A stretch of 64,000 nucleotides of DNA from Candidatus Parvarchaeota archaeon (GTDB taxonomy: Archaea; Nanobdellota; Nanobdellia; JAFCGN01). The first letter of the stretch is position 1, and each line of letters opens with the position of its first letter. Shown piece after piece: positions 30,413 through 41,933 of this stretch. Location: positions 24,596 to 88,595 of the forward strand of contig JAFCGN010000002.1 of the NCBI GenBank assembly GCA_017608045.1, read 5' to 3'. Under the pieces are notes generated by a model. It saw only the letters and a program-made list of their open reading frames with translations. It did not search any database and had not been told where the DNA came from. A program made the position numbers and the translations under genes.

Positions 30413-30529
30413 ATGAGAATGAAAAGGAGTTCACGTCATTGGAAAATGAAGATAACAAAATATAGATGGAAAACTAAAAAGAAGAAAATGCGTGAAATGA
30501 AAAAAAGAAGATTAAGAAGAAAAGGATAA
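30413..30529 (+). CDS. rpl41e: Ribosomal protein eL41 (L41e/eS32), absent from ORF track
   Basis: MRMKRSSRHWKMKITKYRWKTKKKKMREMKKRRLRRKG matches the archaeal L41e pattern MKR..R.WK......RWK..KK..R. Confidence 0.8.
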   Translation: MRMKRSSRHWKMKITKYRWKTKKKKMREMKKRRLRRKG

Positions 30530-30533
30530 AAAT

Positions 30534-30776
30534 TTATTCTTTAAATACTTCATCTCCAGGTCTTACTTTGTCCACCACTTTCAATCCTATTTCATCGCCT
30601 TTTTTAGCAACCATTATTGGTTTTCTGTCAACTTGCATGGAGTCTATTGTTTGTTCAAAATCTGTTGTCGTGCCTTTAATATGGATTTTGTCTCCTATCT
30701 TTATTTCATCTACTATTTTAACTACTGCTACGCCAATCCCGGAGAAGTAGTGAGTTATTTCCCCAACTTTAACCAT
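30534..30776 (-). CDS. Small translation-elongation-factor domain II-like beta-barrel protein
   Basis: VGEITHYF..IGVAV...GDKIHIKG.TTDFEQ...SMQ...VRPGDEVF. Confidence 0.75.
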   Translation of the reverse strand: MVKVGEITHYFSGIGVAVVKIVDEIKIGDKIHIKGTTTDFEQTIDSMQVDRKPIMVAKKGDEIGLKVVDKVRPGDEVFKE

Positions 30777-30889
30777 ATTATTTATTTAGATTTACTACAT
30801 TAAATTATTTTTGATTCAAATTTTAATAAGATTTTTGAAAAATTACCCCTCGAAAATTATTTAAGTATTATAAGTGAAGAATTTTTTAT

Positions 30890-30973
30890 GCAGGGGTGCC
30901 GGAGCGGTCAAACGGGATAGGCTAAGGACCTATTGGCTTAGTGCCTGCGCGAGTTCGAATCTCGTCCCCTGCA
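30890..30973 (+). tRNA. tRNA-Leu(AAG)
   Basis: Acceptor GCAGGGG/CCCCTGC-A73, anticodon arm ATAGG-CTAAGGA-CCTAT, long variable arm, T arm GAGTTCGAATCTC. Confidence 0.92.
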
Positions 30974-31424
30974 TTTCTTGGAAACCAAATATTATAAAAT
31001 TCAATTTTTTAGATTATTTTAGTGATTTTAATGATAAACATTAAAGATAATATGATTAAAATGAAAACAGGAGTGAATTGACTTTAGACCTTGCTTACTC
31101 CGCAGTTCTAATAACAACAGTATTAGCAGACTTAACAAGCATGTTAATTCTTTCAATGACAATTAAAATTCTTTTTTAACAATTTTCAAACAGTTAAATA
31201 TATAAATAAGATAAAGTTAGAATTTGATACCTTTAAAACACAATACCGGCTGTGTTTTGAGGAAGAAAGGGTTACACTAAATATATACATTTCTTTCCTG
31301 TGAGAAACACACTGTGTTATCTTAAAGGAACAATTATAATGAGATAATTAATGAAGAATCATTAATTATTGATGTTTTGGTGATACTTGGATTAGAGTAA
31401 AAACGCTAATTCCTTCTCCCCATA

Positions 31425-32904
<1,480 letters not shown>

Positions 32905-33093
32905 TATGTGAAATCACTTGTGATGTGGGGTAGTATTTGTTGTTTATGCAACAGAAACTTCCCTTAAACACATGTGTGCAGGAGAAGAATTAGCCGGTAT
33001 GCTCTAATCCAAGCACCAAAAAACATCAAAAGTATTTTGAATAATAATTTATAACCAAAAGTATTTAAATTTAATAAGAATTTTTCTTTCATT

Positions 33094-34095
33094 ATGGATG
33101 ATGTTATTATTGTTAAAAATTTAACAAAAAAATTTGGAAATCTTATTGCAGTTAATAACATAAGTTTTAGTGTAAAAAAAGGAGAGATATTTGGGTTTTT
33201 AGGTCCTAATGGTGCAGGAAAAACAACAACAATAAATATTTTAAGCACTCTTTTAAAAAAAACGAGTGGAGAGGCGTTTATTAACGGTTTTGATGTAAGT
33301 AAGGAAAAAGATAGTGTAAGAAAGAATATAGGTATTGTTTTTCAAGAACCTGCATTAGATAATAGGCTTACAGGAAGAGAAAATCTTTATTTTCATGCAC
33401 GAATTTATGGATTAACTAAGGAAGAAAGCAAGAAAAAAATTGACGAGCTTCTTAAACTTGTTGAACTTGAAAATAAAGCAGACAAACTTGTAATGTATTA
33501 TAGTGGGGGAATGAAGAGGAGATTAGAGATTGCAAGAGGATTAATTCATGACCCAAAAGTTTTATTTTTAGATGAACCCACACTTGGTTTAGATGCGCAA
33601 ACAAGAAGACATATTTGGGATTATATAAAAAAATTAAATAAAGAGAAAAAAATTTCAATACTTCTCACAACACATTATATGGAAGAAGCTGATTTTCTTT
33701 GTGAAAGAGTAGCAATAATTGATCTTGGTAAGATCGTAGCTATTGGAAAAACTAAAAATTTGAAAGATAAGATTGGAGGGGATACTATTGATTTAACAGT
33801 AAGAGGTAAAAATGTTGTTAATTTTATTAAGGAAGTTAAAAAACTGAAGAAGGTTAAGAAAATAATTAAAAATGGGAAAGGAAAAATAAAGTTAATTGTA
33901 GGAAAAGGAGAGGAAATGCTTCCAAAAATTATGAAAATAGCTGATAAAAATAATTGTGATATTTTAAGTATTAATTTGAAAAAACCAAGTCTTGAAGATG
34001 TTTTTTTACATTATACAGGAAAGAACATAAGAGAAGAAAGTGTTGATTTAAAGAAAGAATTTATGAAGAGAAGAATGAAAATGAGGAGGCATTAA
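33094..34095 (+). CDS. ABC transporter ATP-binding protein (DrrA-like)
   Basis: GPNGAGKTT, YSGGMKRR, LFLDEPT, TTHYMEEA. Confidence 0.93.
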   Translation: MDDVIIVKNLTKKFGNLIAVNNISFSVKKGEIFGFLGPNGAGKTTTINILSTLLKKTSGEAFINGFDVSKEKDSVRKNIGIVFQEPALDNRLTGRENLYFHARIYGLTKEESKKKIDELLKLVELENKADKLVMYYSGGMKRRLEIARGLIHDPKVLFLDEPTLGLDAQTRRHIWDYIKKLNKEKKISILLTTHYMEEADFLCERVAIIDLGKIVAIGKTKNLKDKIGGDTIDLTVRGKNVVNFIKEVKKLKKVKKIIKNGKGKIKLIVGKGEEMLPKIMKIADKNNCDILSINLKKPSLEDVFLHYTGKNIREESVDLKKEFMKRRMKMRRH

Positions 34096-34097
34096 AA

Positions 34098-34859
34098 ATG
34101 GAATTAAAAGTAATTTATGCTCTTTGGTTGAGAGAAATTAAGGTGTTTTTAAGAAGTAAATCAAGAATAATTGGTTCTTTGATTATGCCATTGCTTTTTC
34201 TTGTAGGTTTTGCAGGAGGTTTTAGAGGAACAAAAATTCAAGGAGTTCCTGAAGGTATTAATTATATTCAATTTTTAGTTCCAGGAATAATTGCATTTGG
34301 GTTAATGATGCGTTCTACAATGGGTGGTATAAGTGTTTTATGGGATAAAGAATTTGGTTTTTTAAAAGAAATAATGGTTGCACCAGTTAAGAGAACAAGT
34401 ATTGTTTTTGGAAGAATTGCTGGAAGTTCAACAGTTAGTATTTTTCAAGGAATGTTATTAGCAATTATTTCTGTTATTATTGGTTTTCATCTGCCAAATA
34501 TTTTAAATTTAATTTTTAGTTTAATTGTGATGATTTTAATTTCAATTATTTTTACAAGCTTGGGTTTAATAGTTGCTTCTTTAATGAAAGATTTTCAAGG
34601 ATTTAACTTAATAATGAATATCATTTTGATGCCTTTATTTTTTTTATCAGGAGCAATGTATCCAATTAGCAATCTTCCTAAAATAATTCAGTTTATTTCA
34701 TATCTTAATCCCTTAACTTTTGGAGTAAATGCTTTAAGAAATTTGCTTGTAGGCTTTGCTTCAATGAATTTAATTCTAAGTTTAATGGGTTTGTTTGTAT
34801 TCTCTTCTATTTTAACAATAATTGCTACAATTCTTTTTAACAAGAGTGAGAGTGTTTAA
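34098..34859 (+). CDS. ABC-2 type permease
   Basis: FLVPGI, DKEFGFLKEIMVAPV, FFLSGAMYP, NPLT; six TM segments. Confidence 0.92.
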   Translation: MELKVIYALWLREIKVFLRSKSRIIGSLIMPLLFLVGFAGGFRGTKIQGVPEGINYIQFLVPGIIAFGLMMRSTMGGISVLWDKEFGFLKEIMVAPVKRTSIVFGRIAGSSTVSIFQGMLLAIISVIIGFHLPNILNLIFSLIVMILISIIFTSLGLIVASLMKDFQGFNLIMNIILMPLFFLSGAMYPISNLPKIIQFISYLNPLTFGVNALRNLLVGFASMNLILSLMGLFVFSSILTIIATILFNKSESV

Positions 34860-34888
34860 AAAACTTTAAAAAGAGTGTTTTTTATTTT

Positions 34889-35776
34889 TTGAATATGGTA
34901 AAAAGTTTAATGGTTGATACAAGATTTTATTGTTTGCCCCCAAATGTAACTCCAACTTCTGATGTTTATAATTATTCTTACTTATCTAAAGAAAAACTTG
35001 AAAAATTGGAATTAAAAGGATTTTATCCCATAATTACTGTAAAAATTTTTTCAGGGCAAATGAATTATAGTCCTCTTGAAGACATTCTGGATTATTATGG
35101 TGACAGGGTTTATGGGATTGCTTATGAAATAACAGCAGATAAATTAGAAGATAGCACGAGATATCAATTAAAAAGTTTTATAAGAGCAGCATATAATAAA
35201 CAAAATCTTTCATCTCATGTGAATGTTCCAAACCGAAGTTTTCAAATACAATTCATAAGTAACAACCAAGAAAAATTAATTGATTATGAAAATGAGCTTG
35301 CATTTAACAAAAATTTAGAGAATGCAGTTGAGATTGCAAAGAAATTTAATAAAGACAAAGATTCTGTGCTCTCTGTTCTTTATCCAACAAATACTAATTG
35401 GAAAATAATGAAAGATTTAATTGATAATAGCAATAAACAAGTTTTAAGTGAAACAAGCAATGGTTTGCTCAAACTTATTGATTTTTTTGGAATGAAGGAG
35501 TTGAGTTCATTAGTTGCATTGAATACTGCAAATGCTTTAAGCAAAAGTAAATATAATATTGTTCCTGTTTTTAGCAGTTTAAGCAAACGTTTAGATTATT
35601 ATGCTGGAAACTTATATCTCCTAAATGAAGAAATAAAAAATAGAATTGAAAGCACAAAAGTATTGGAATTATTAGGATACAATGCTCCTCTCAAAACAAA
35701 AAGAAGAGTGAGTTGGAAGACAGTGCCTTCTCAAATAATTAGAACAGGGAGAGCGTGGAAAGATGGAAGATTTTGA
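34889..35776 (+). CDS. Hypothetical protein, about 295 aa
   Basis: Long ORF; no confident motif; start uncertain. Confidence 0.65.
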   Translation: MNMVKSLMVDTRFYCLPPNVTPTSDVYNYSYLSKEKLEKLELKGFYPIITVKIFSGQMNYSPLEDILDYYGDRVYGIAYEITADKLEDSTRYQLKSFIRAAYNKQNLSSHVNVPNRSFQIQFISNNQEKLIDYENELAFNKNLENAVEIAKKFNKDKDSVLSVLYPTNTNWKIMKDLIDNSNKQVLSETSNGLLKLIDFFGMKELSSLVALNTANALSKSKYNIVPVFSSLSKRLDYYAGNLYLLNEEIKNRIESTKVLELLGYNAPLKTKRRVSWKTVPSQIIRTGRAWKDGRF

Positions 35777-35821
35777 AAGAGTTAAGTTTAAATAATTCTT
35801 ATTGAATTAATTTTTATTTAA

Positions 35822-35893
35822 GGGCTTGTGGCGCAATGGCAGCGCGCCGCGTTTGCATCGCGGAGGCTGGGGGTTCAAATCCCCCCGAGTCCA
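35822..35893 (+). tRNA. tRNA-Ala(TGC)
   Basis: Acceptor GGGCTTG/CGAGTCC with G3:U70, anticodon arm CCGCG-TTTGCAT-CGCGG. Confidence 0.95.
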
Positions 35894-36129
35894 TTAATTC
35901 CAAGTATGGAAAACTTAATTTTTCGGAATTTAAAAGGGCGAAAAAACAAGAAAAAATCGAACTCCTAACGTTCATTTTTAATGAATTTAATTCTAATGAA
36001 CTAAAGATTGCTTGCAAAGTATTAAACAAAGTTTATTACGAGAAATACGCAAAAATTAACAATTAATTATTTATTAAACAAAGCTAAAAGAAAAAAACCT
36101 ATTAACATTAAATTAATATCATAAGAAAA

Positions 36130-38121
36130 TTAACACTCCATTATTTCATTTAGTCTCTTTAAATCAATTGATTTAATTATTCCTTTATCTGTTTTGCCTG
36201 CGTCATCATAAAAATCTTTAATAGGGAGTTCAATCGCGCCACCCACTTCATAATAATTTTCTTTAGCAAAACAATTAATCCAGTCTCTCACATAAAAAAC
36301 AAAATCATTATTACACTTTTTATAAATTCCACTAAGAATACCAACCCTCTTATTCACAGCATCAATGCCTAAAGTGAAACGCGCTAGAGGAGAACCTCTT
36401 TCATCATAAATACCTACAAAATTAATCTCATCAGTTGTTAAATACTTTTGAGAATAATTTCGTTGCCCTCCTTCTGTTAAATGAAAACAACTACTAATCT
36501 CTTCTAATAACCTTGCTTGACTTACTTTATCCTTACTATCTAATTTAATTGTAATTCTGCCCTGCTTTGTTTTAGGAGAATAATTAATAATTCTACTTAA
36601 CTTGTTTTTAGCATTCTCAAATGCTTCTAACTTCTCACCCAAAAAATTCTCTCTTTTAAAACCCTTCTTACGAAAAATAGTATTAAATCCTTTCTTAATT
36701 CTTTTAGCTTGTTCTTTCAAATAATCAATACTTCCTGAATTAATCTCAAAAGAATAATCAGGAATGATAACCTTAACACTTTCAACAGCAGAATTTAATA
36801 AAGATTCTAAACTATTAATTTCTCTTCTCACATTACTCTCATCAGGTTCTAAAAAATACTCTTTATTGAATGAATAAACATTTTTAGGATTGTAATTATC
36901 AGCAAGAATTTCTTCCAAAACACTTTTTAACTTTTCATTCTCAACACAATAATAATATCTTAAAGCCCTATAAGGATTATTAATTACTATTTTTTTGCCG
37001 TCTTTTTTATAATAATCGCATACTAAACCCGTCAAGTAATTAATCTTATCATTAGAAGGAATAACAATATTATCAGGCGATACTCCTTGTTTCCTTAATA
37101 AATTAACTAAATTAATTAATTTAGAAGCATTCTTTTTTGATAAATGGTTCTTTACTCTATCAGCATAATCCTGCGGTAACAAAGGCAAGTTAACAAAATC
37201 TTTATGTTTTAAAGCATAATTAAGAAATTTCTCACCAAACCTATTAATGAAGGGATGTGCTTGTTTATAAAAATCTTCAGGAGCTTCCTTCTTAACTAAT
37301 TTTTTTAACAAATCAACACTATCAAATTTGTAAGCATTTTCATAAAATGCTTTGTGCGCTCCTCTTTCAATAGCAAATTGTAATAAATCCTTGTAATCAC
37401 TAAGATTATTACTATTTATTTTACGCAAACACTTTAAAAACTTTGAAGGCACGCCCACTCTAATAACCTCCTTAACAAAAGAAAAATTATTCTCATTAAC
37501 ATTGCTCAAAAATTTTAAATAATCAGGATCAAAGTTCTCATCAACAATTTTCTCAGCTAAAGAAAGATTATTTTTATTAACATTGTCTAAATATTCAAAA
37601 TACTTAGGATTTAAATCATTCAAAACAATTTTTTCAGCCAAAGAAAGATTATAAGAATTAATACTGTCTAAATATTTTAAATACCAATAACCTAAATTAT
37701 TATTAATGATTTTTTCAGCCAAAGAAAGATTATTTTTATTAACATTACCTAAATACTCTAAATACCAAGGACCTAAATTATTATTAACAATTTTTTCAGC
37801 TAAAGAAAAATTAAAAGAATTAATACTGTCTAAATATTCTAAATACTTTAAATCCAAGTTCTTACTAATAATAATATCAGCCAAAGAAACAATTTTTTCA
37901 GTTAAAGAAAAATTATTTTTATTAACGTTGTCTAAATACTCTAAATAATTATCAACCTTGTTAATAGATAATCCAGAATTAAGGATTTTATCAAACACTT
38001 TTAAAGTTGCTTGCAAATTTTTACTAAAATTTTTAACACTATGATTATCTTCTTTACGTGTGAGGGTTTCAATTACTGAATCAATGCTTGGCAATTCAAA
38101 AATTAATTTTGATTTCATCAT
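36130..38121 (-). CDS. Hypothetical 663-aa protein with 27-aa tandem repeats
   Basis: About 7 units of YLEYLDxxNxxNLSLAEKIxxxxL in the N-terminal third. Confidence 0.75.
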   Translation of the reverse strand: MMKSKLIFELPSIDSVIETLTRKEDNHSVKNFSKNLQATLKVFDKILNSGLSINKVDNYLEYLDNVNKNNFSLTEKIVSLADIIISKNLDLKYLEYLDSINSFNFSLAEKIVNNNLGPWYLEYLGNVNKNNLSLAEKIINNNLGYWYLKYLDSINSYNLSLAEKIVLNDLNPKYFEYLDNVNKNNLSLAEKIVDENFDPDYLKFLSNVNENNFSFVKEVIRVGVPSKFLKCLRKINSNNLSDYKDLLQFAIERGAHKAFYENAYKFDSVDLLKKLVKKEAPEDFYKQAHPFINRFGEKFLNYALKHKDFVNLPLLPQDYADRVKNHLSKKNASKLINLVNLLRKQGVSPDNIVIPSNDKINYLTGLVCDYYKKDGKKIVINNPYRALRYYYCVENEKLKSVLEEILADNYNPKNVYSFNKEYFLEPDESNVRREINSLESLLNSAVESVKVIIPDYSFEINSGSIDYLKEQAKRIKKGFNTIFRKKGFKRENFLGEKLEAFENAKNKLSRIINYSPKTKQGRITIKLDSKDKVSQARLLEEISSCFHLTEGGQRNYSQKYLTTDEINFVGIYDERGSPLARFTLGIDAVNKRVGILSGIYKKCNNDFVFYVRDWINCFAKENYYEVGGAIELPIKDFYDDAGKTDKGIIKSIDLKRLNEIMEC
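37400..37950 (-). repeat. Imperfect 81-bp coding tandem repeat
   Basis: Recurring TTTTTCAGC(C/T)AAAGAAA at 81-nt spacing; boundaries approximate. Confidence 0.8.
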
Positions 38122-38307
38122 ATTAAAAACTAAAACAAAAACAAAGTTTATAAAATTTATTACTAAAGAATAGCAAAAGTAATTAAAGATTTTTTATGTT
38201 TTTTTATTTTTAATTATTAAGAAATTTAGTGTTTGTTGAGTTCATTTATTACATATGTCTTGAGATTTGTAAAAAATAATTTAAAGCATGGAAGCTTAAT
38301 TTAAAGC

Positions 38308-39039
38308 ATGGGTTTGTTTTTTAACAAAAAGAAAAATGAAATAAGCGAGGCAAGTTTTCAGGGAGAGGAAGAAAAAAAGATAGAAGATAGATTCTATTTT
38401 AAGTTTAAAAAAGATTATGAAGAGTTAAAAAAGATTTTTTTTGAAATAAAAAGGGTTGAAGGCCAATTAAATTTGCCAATTCTTAAAAAAAATATGGATT
38501 TGCAAGCAGGAAAAGATATAAATCCTGATTTTAAAAAAAAGTATTTGAAAGAAACAGAAGAATTGCTTGAAGAAGTTTATAAAAAAATAGATAAAACACA
38601 TATTTTAAAAGATATAAAAAAATTTGTTAAAGAATTAAAAAAACTAAAAAAGGAAAGAAAAGAATTTTATAATAAAAATAATCTTGATGCAAAAAAAATA
38701 GAAAGATTTTATGATAGAAAGATAAAAAATTTGGAAAAAGTTAAAAAAACATGTGAGAAATTGACAAAAAAAATAAAAAATGTTACAAACAATAATTTTG
38801 TTAAAATTGTGGCAATTCTTAACATTGTTGCAAGAATGTTGTATATGACGAGTTTATCAATTTATCTTATGAAAGAGAGGGAACTTCAAATTAAAGAAGG
38901 CATTGCAATTATAGAAAACGAAAGTTTTTTTGCAAAAGAAGATATTGAAAGAATATCTGAATCAGAGGACAATCTTGAAGCACATGAACTTCAAGAAATT
39001 GTAAACATGAGTGATAGAGCAGTTAGTGCATGCACATAA
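38308..39039 (+). CDS. Hypothetical coiled-coil protein
   Basis: K/E-rich ORF beginning MGLFFNKKK. Confidence 0.65.
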   Translation: MGLFFNKKKNEISEASFQGEEEKKIEDRFYFKFKKDYEELKKIFFEIKRVEGQLNLPILKKNMDLQAGKDINPDFKKKYLKETEELLEEVYKKIDKTHILKDIKKFVKELKKLKKERKEFYNKNNLDAKKIERFYDRKIKNLEKVKKTCEKLTKKIKNVTNNNFVKIVAILNIVARMLYMTSLSIYLMKERELQIKEGIAIIENESFFAKEDIERISESEDNLEAHELQEIVNMSDRAVSACT

Positions 39040-39145
39040 TTTTGAAATATTTTTTTTTGAAATATTTTTTTATTTTCTTCAATATTTTTGGAAATTAAAA
39101 AACTTTCATAAAACTTTTTAATTAAGTACTTTAATTTTTTCATTT

Positions 39146-40312
39146 ATGAGTGATATTGACTATATAAGAAAGCAAATAAAGGAATTAGAAGAAGAAATTA
39201 AGAAAACTCAAAAGAATAAGGCAACGGAATTTCATATTGGAACTTTAAAGAGAAAAATCAGCAGACTGAAAGAAGAAATGCTTGAAAAAAGTGGAAAAAA
39301 AGAAGGAAAAGGGTATGTTGTAAAAAAACAGGGTGATGCTAAAAGTGGAAAAAAAGAAGGAAAAGGGTATGTTGTAAAAAAACAGGGTGATGCTACTGCT
39401 GTTCTTGTTGGGTTTCCGAGTGTTGGTAAAAGCACGTTAATGAATGCTCTTACAAATGCTGAATCAAAAGTAGGGGCTTATGATTTTACAACACTTGAAG
39501 CAATTCCAGGCATGATGGAATACAAAGATGCTAAGATTCAATTAATAGACCTTCCTGGGATTATTAATGAAGCTTCACTTGGAAGAGGAAAAGGCAGGCA
39601 GGTTCTTGGAGTAGTTCATAGTGCTGACCTTATAATCATTGTTCTTGATTGCAAAGGAATTAACAAACTTCCTTTAATACAAAAAGAATTATATGATTTT
39701 AATTTAAGGTTAGGCAGGAGTTCTCCAAGAATTACAATTAAGAAAAAAGATAGAGGAGGAATTAATATTGAAAGCGTTCCTTTAACCAAACTTTCAAAAA
39801 AAGAAATACTAAAACTTTTACATGAGCATAAAATACATAATGCAGATGTTTTGATTTATGAAGACGTGTCTTTTGAAGAATTAAATGACGTACTTGAAGG
39901 CAATAGGCATTATGTTCCATATTTAGTTGTAATTACAAAAAGTGATTTAACTAATGAAGAAGAAAAAAATGAAATTGAAAAATTCTTGAAAGATTTAAAT
40001 AAAGAAACAAAAGCAGTTTTTATTAGTGCCAAAACAGGTAAAAATATTGAAAAATTTAAACAAGCAATTTTTGATAAATTAGGTTTAATCCGCGTATACA
40101 CAAAACCTGTTGGCAAGAAAGTGAAAAAAACAGAACCAATCATATTAAGAAAAAATGCTACAATAAAAGATGTTTGTTTAAAAATTCACAAAGATTTTGT
40201 AAAGAAATTTAAACAAGCAAAAGTATGGGGAAAAAGCGTTAAGTTTGAAGGACAAAGAGTTGGAATTAATCACAAATTATTTGATGAAGATATTGTAGAG
40301 ATACTAATTTAG
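39146..40312 (+). CDS. DRG/OBG-family GTPase with TGS domain
   Basis: TQKNKATE.H, GFPSVGKST, YDFTT, DLPGII, TKSD, C-terminal TGS. Confidence 0.93.
   Translation: MSDIDYIRKQIKELEEEIKKTQKNKATEFHIGTLKRKISRLKEEMLEKSGKKEGKGYVVKKQGDAKSGKKEGKGYVVKKQGDATAVLVGFPSVGKSTLMNALTNAESKVGAYDFTTLEAIPGMMEYKDAKIQLIDLPGIINEASLGRGKGRQVLGVVHSADLIIIVLDCKGINKLPLIQKELYDFNLRLGRSSPRITIKKKDRGGINIESVPLTKLSKKEILKLLHEHKIHNADVLIYEDVSFEELNDVLEGNRHYVPYLVVITKSDLTNEEEKNEIEKFLKDLNKETKAVFISAKTGKNIEKFKQAIFDKLGLIRVYTKPVGKKVKKTEPIILRKNATIKDVCLKIHKDFVKKFKQAKVWGKSVKFEGQRVGINHKLFDEDIVEILI
39287..39394 (+). repeat. Perfect in-frame 54-bp tandem duplication (KSGKKEGKGYVVKKQGDA x2)
   Basis: 39287-39340 is identical to 39341-39394. Confidence 0.92.
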
Positions 40313-40421
40313 CAATATTTAGAATAAAAGTTCTCTCTTTTTTTTTGAAAAAATTTCAAAGAGTAAAAGATAATATTTACAGCATTTTATTATTAAATAA
40401 TAAACTATGAGGTGATATTTA

Positions 40422-40868
40422 ATGGGTAGGAATGAAATGAATGTTATTTCAAAAATTTTTGTAATTGAAGCAGAAATTATTGAGTTAATTAGTGATATGG
40501 AGGATTTAATAACAGAACGCATTGAAGAAGGTGTTTTTAATAAAGAAGATTTCAAAAGATTAAAAAATCTTTGTGAAGACATTAAAAAGAAAAATAAGAA
40601 CATTAAGAAAAAAATTAAGAAACTTGACAAAGATAGGGATAGAACATATTTATTAAACATGATTGAGGAAAGAGATAATATTCTTAGTGATACTATTAAT
40701 GCTGCAAAGAATAATTCATCTAAAGAAGTTTATGAAAATTTGATGAAACTGCCTGATTCAATGGATAAATTTGGTAAATATCTTGGAAGAATTATTCAAT
40801 CACTGCAAAATGAAATATTTTTAGAATTAAATAATAATTTAAAGAACTTTCTTAGAATTAAATACTGA
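40422..40868 (+). CDS. Hypothetical helical protein (paralogue of the next ORF)
   Basis: GAGGTGA SD; IKKKIKKLDK...R..LL.MIEER.N.L segment shared with the next ORF. Confidence 0.68.
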   Translation: MGRNEMNVISKIFVIEAEIIELISDMEDLITERIEEGVFNKEDFKRLKNLCEDIKKKNKNIKKKIKKLDKDRDRTYLLNMIEERDNILSDTINAAKNNSSKEVYENLMKLPDSMDKFGKYLGRIIQSLQNEIFLELNNNLKNFLRIKY

Positions 40869-41043
40869 TTTAAAAAAATTTCATTCAGAAAGTGGAAATT
40901 TTGCAGGAAACAATAAAACGTTGAATAAGTAATCAAGAATTCCTAATTTTTTTTTAATTTTATTTTTAGTTAAATTAATAATATAGTTTTGGTAGTAACT
41001 TATATAAAAGATAAATTAGTATTTCATTAATGGTGAATTATTA

Positions 41044-41595
41044 ATGGCAAAATCAGCTAAGAAAATATTATTCCTCGTTTATAAAATAAAAAATGAACGT
41101 ATTGACCCAAAACAAGAAGAACTTAGTGAAAGAATAGAAGAACTTGGAATAAAAATAGAATCAGGAATCACTGATTATAATCAAATAAACAATATTTTAG
41201 ATGATGTTAATAAAATTTGTAAAGAATTAATGAAATGGGATGATAAAATTAAAAAATTACTTAAAAAAATAGATAAAACTTATACCAGAGACAGATTATT
41301 AAAAATAATTGATAAAAGAAATGAGTACTTAAAGGTTTTTGTTGAAAAGTATTTTGAGTTCCTAAAAAGTGATGTGAACCAACAAAACAAAATAAAATGG
41401 CTTCTTGGCCTTCTGGAAGCTGGAGCAATACTTGCAAAATATGGTGAGTTAATACCTTATTTCGTAGAGTACCTAAATAAAATATTAAAAAAAATAACAT
41501 ATGATGAAGCAGACGATGTTACAAAAAAAATACTAAAAAAGATATACAGCATTGATGAAAAACTTAAAGAATTGACAGGAAAAAGGATTATTTGA
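41044..41595 (+). CDS. Hypothetical helical protein
   Basis: GGTGA SD; IKKLLKKIDK...RDRLLKIIDKRNEYL. Confidence 0.68.
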   Translation: MAKSAKKILFLVYKIKNERIDPKQEELSERIEELGIKIESGITDYNQINNILDDVNKICKELMKWDDKIKKLLKKIDKTYTRDRLLKIIDKRNEYLKVFVEKYFEFLKSDVNQQNKIKWLLGLLEAGAILAKYGELIPYFVEYLNKILKKITYDEADDVTKKILKKIYSIDEKLKELTGKRII

Positions 41596-41650
41596 AATAA
41601 AATAATAAGTGTAAGAATTTAGTTATTAATTAATTTTTATTCAATTAATA

Positions 41651-41910
41651 TTTTTTAAGAAAATCATGAATTAAGTGATGGGGATGTCATAAGGATAATA
41701 ATATAAAAAATGATGAGAATTAATAAAAGAATAGCGCGTAAGTGAATTAATACAGAAAAGAATTTTTTTAACATTAAAAACAAGTACTAAAGCTTAATTT
41801 TTTTTAATCTCACTCAATAATTATAATTATTTTTTGTTAAGTGCGAATTCAAGTTTTTTTAAGAAAATCATGAATTATGTGATGAAGATATTATAAGAAT
41901 AATAATATAA
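41651..41910 (+). repeat. Two imperfect 56-bp direct repeats (41651-41706, 41855-41910) encoding TGS-domain-like C-termini
   Basis: They translate to ENHELSDGDVIRIII* and ENHELCDEDIIRIII*. Confidence 0.7.
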
Positions 41911-41933
41911 GTTAAGACTTCCTTCTAATTACT

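Noticed and set aside
31078-31179. 33-codon TTG ORF faintly like an MgtE C-terminal helix (ITTVLADLTSMLIL)
   Set aside because: Too short to support by eye; may be a remnant
35814-36066. Two ORFs spanning tRNA-Ala
   Set aside because: Both overlap the tRNA; not credible as full genes
37400-37950. CRISPR array
   Set aside because: Repeats are in-frame, degenerate coding units without unique spacers; no cas genes in the window
38277-38311. 15-bp direct repeat TAATTTAAAGCATGG creating mini-ORF MEA*
   Set aside because: Probably a local slippage duplication; no evidence of function
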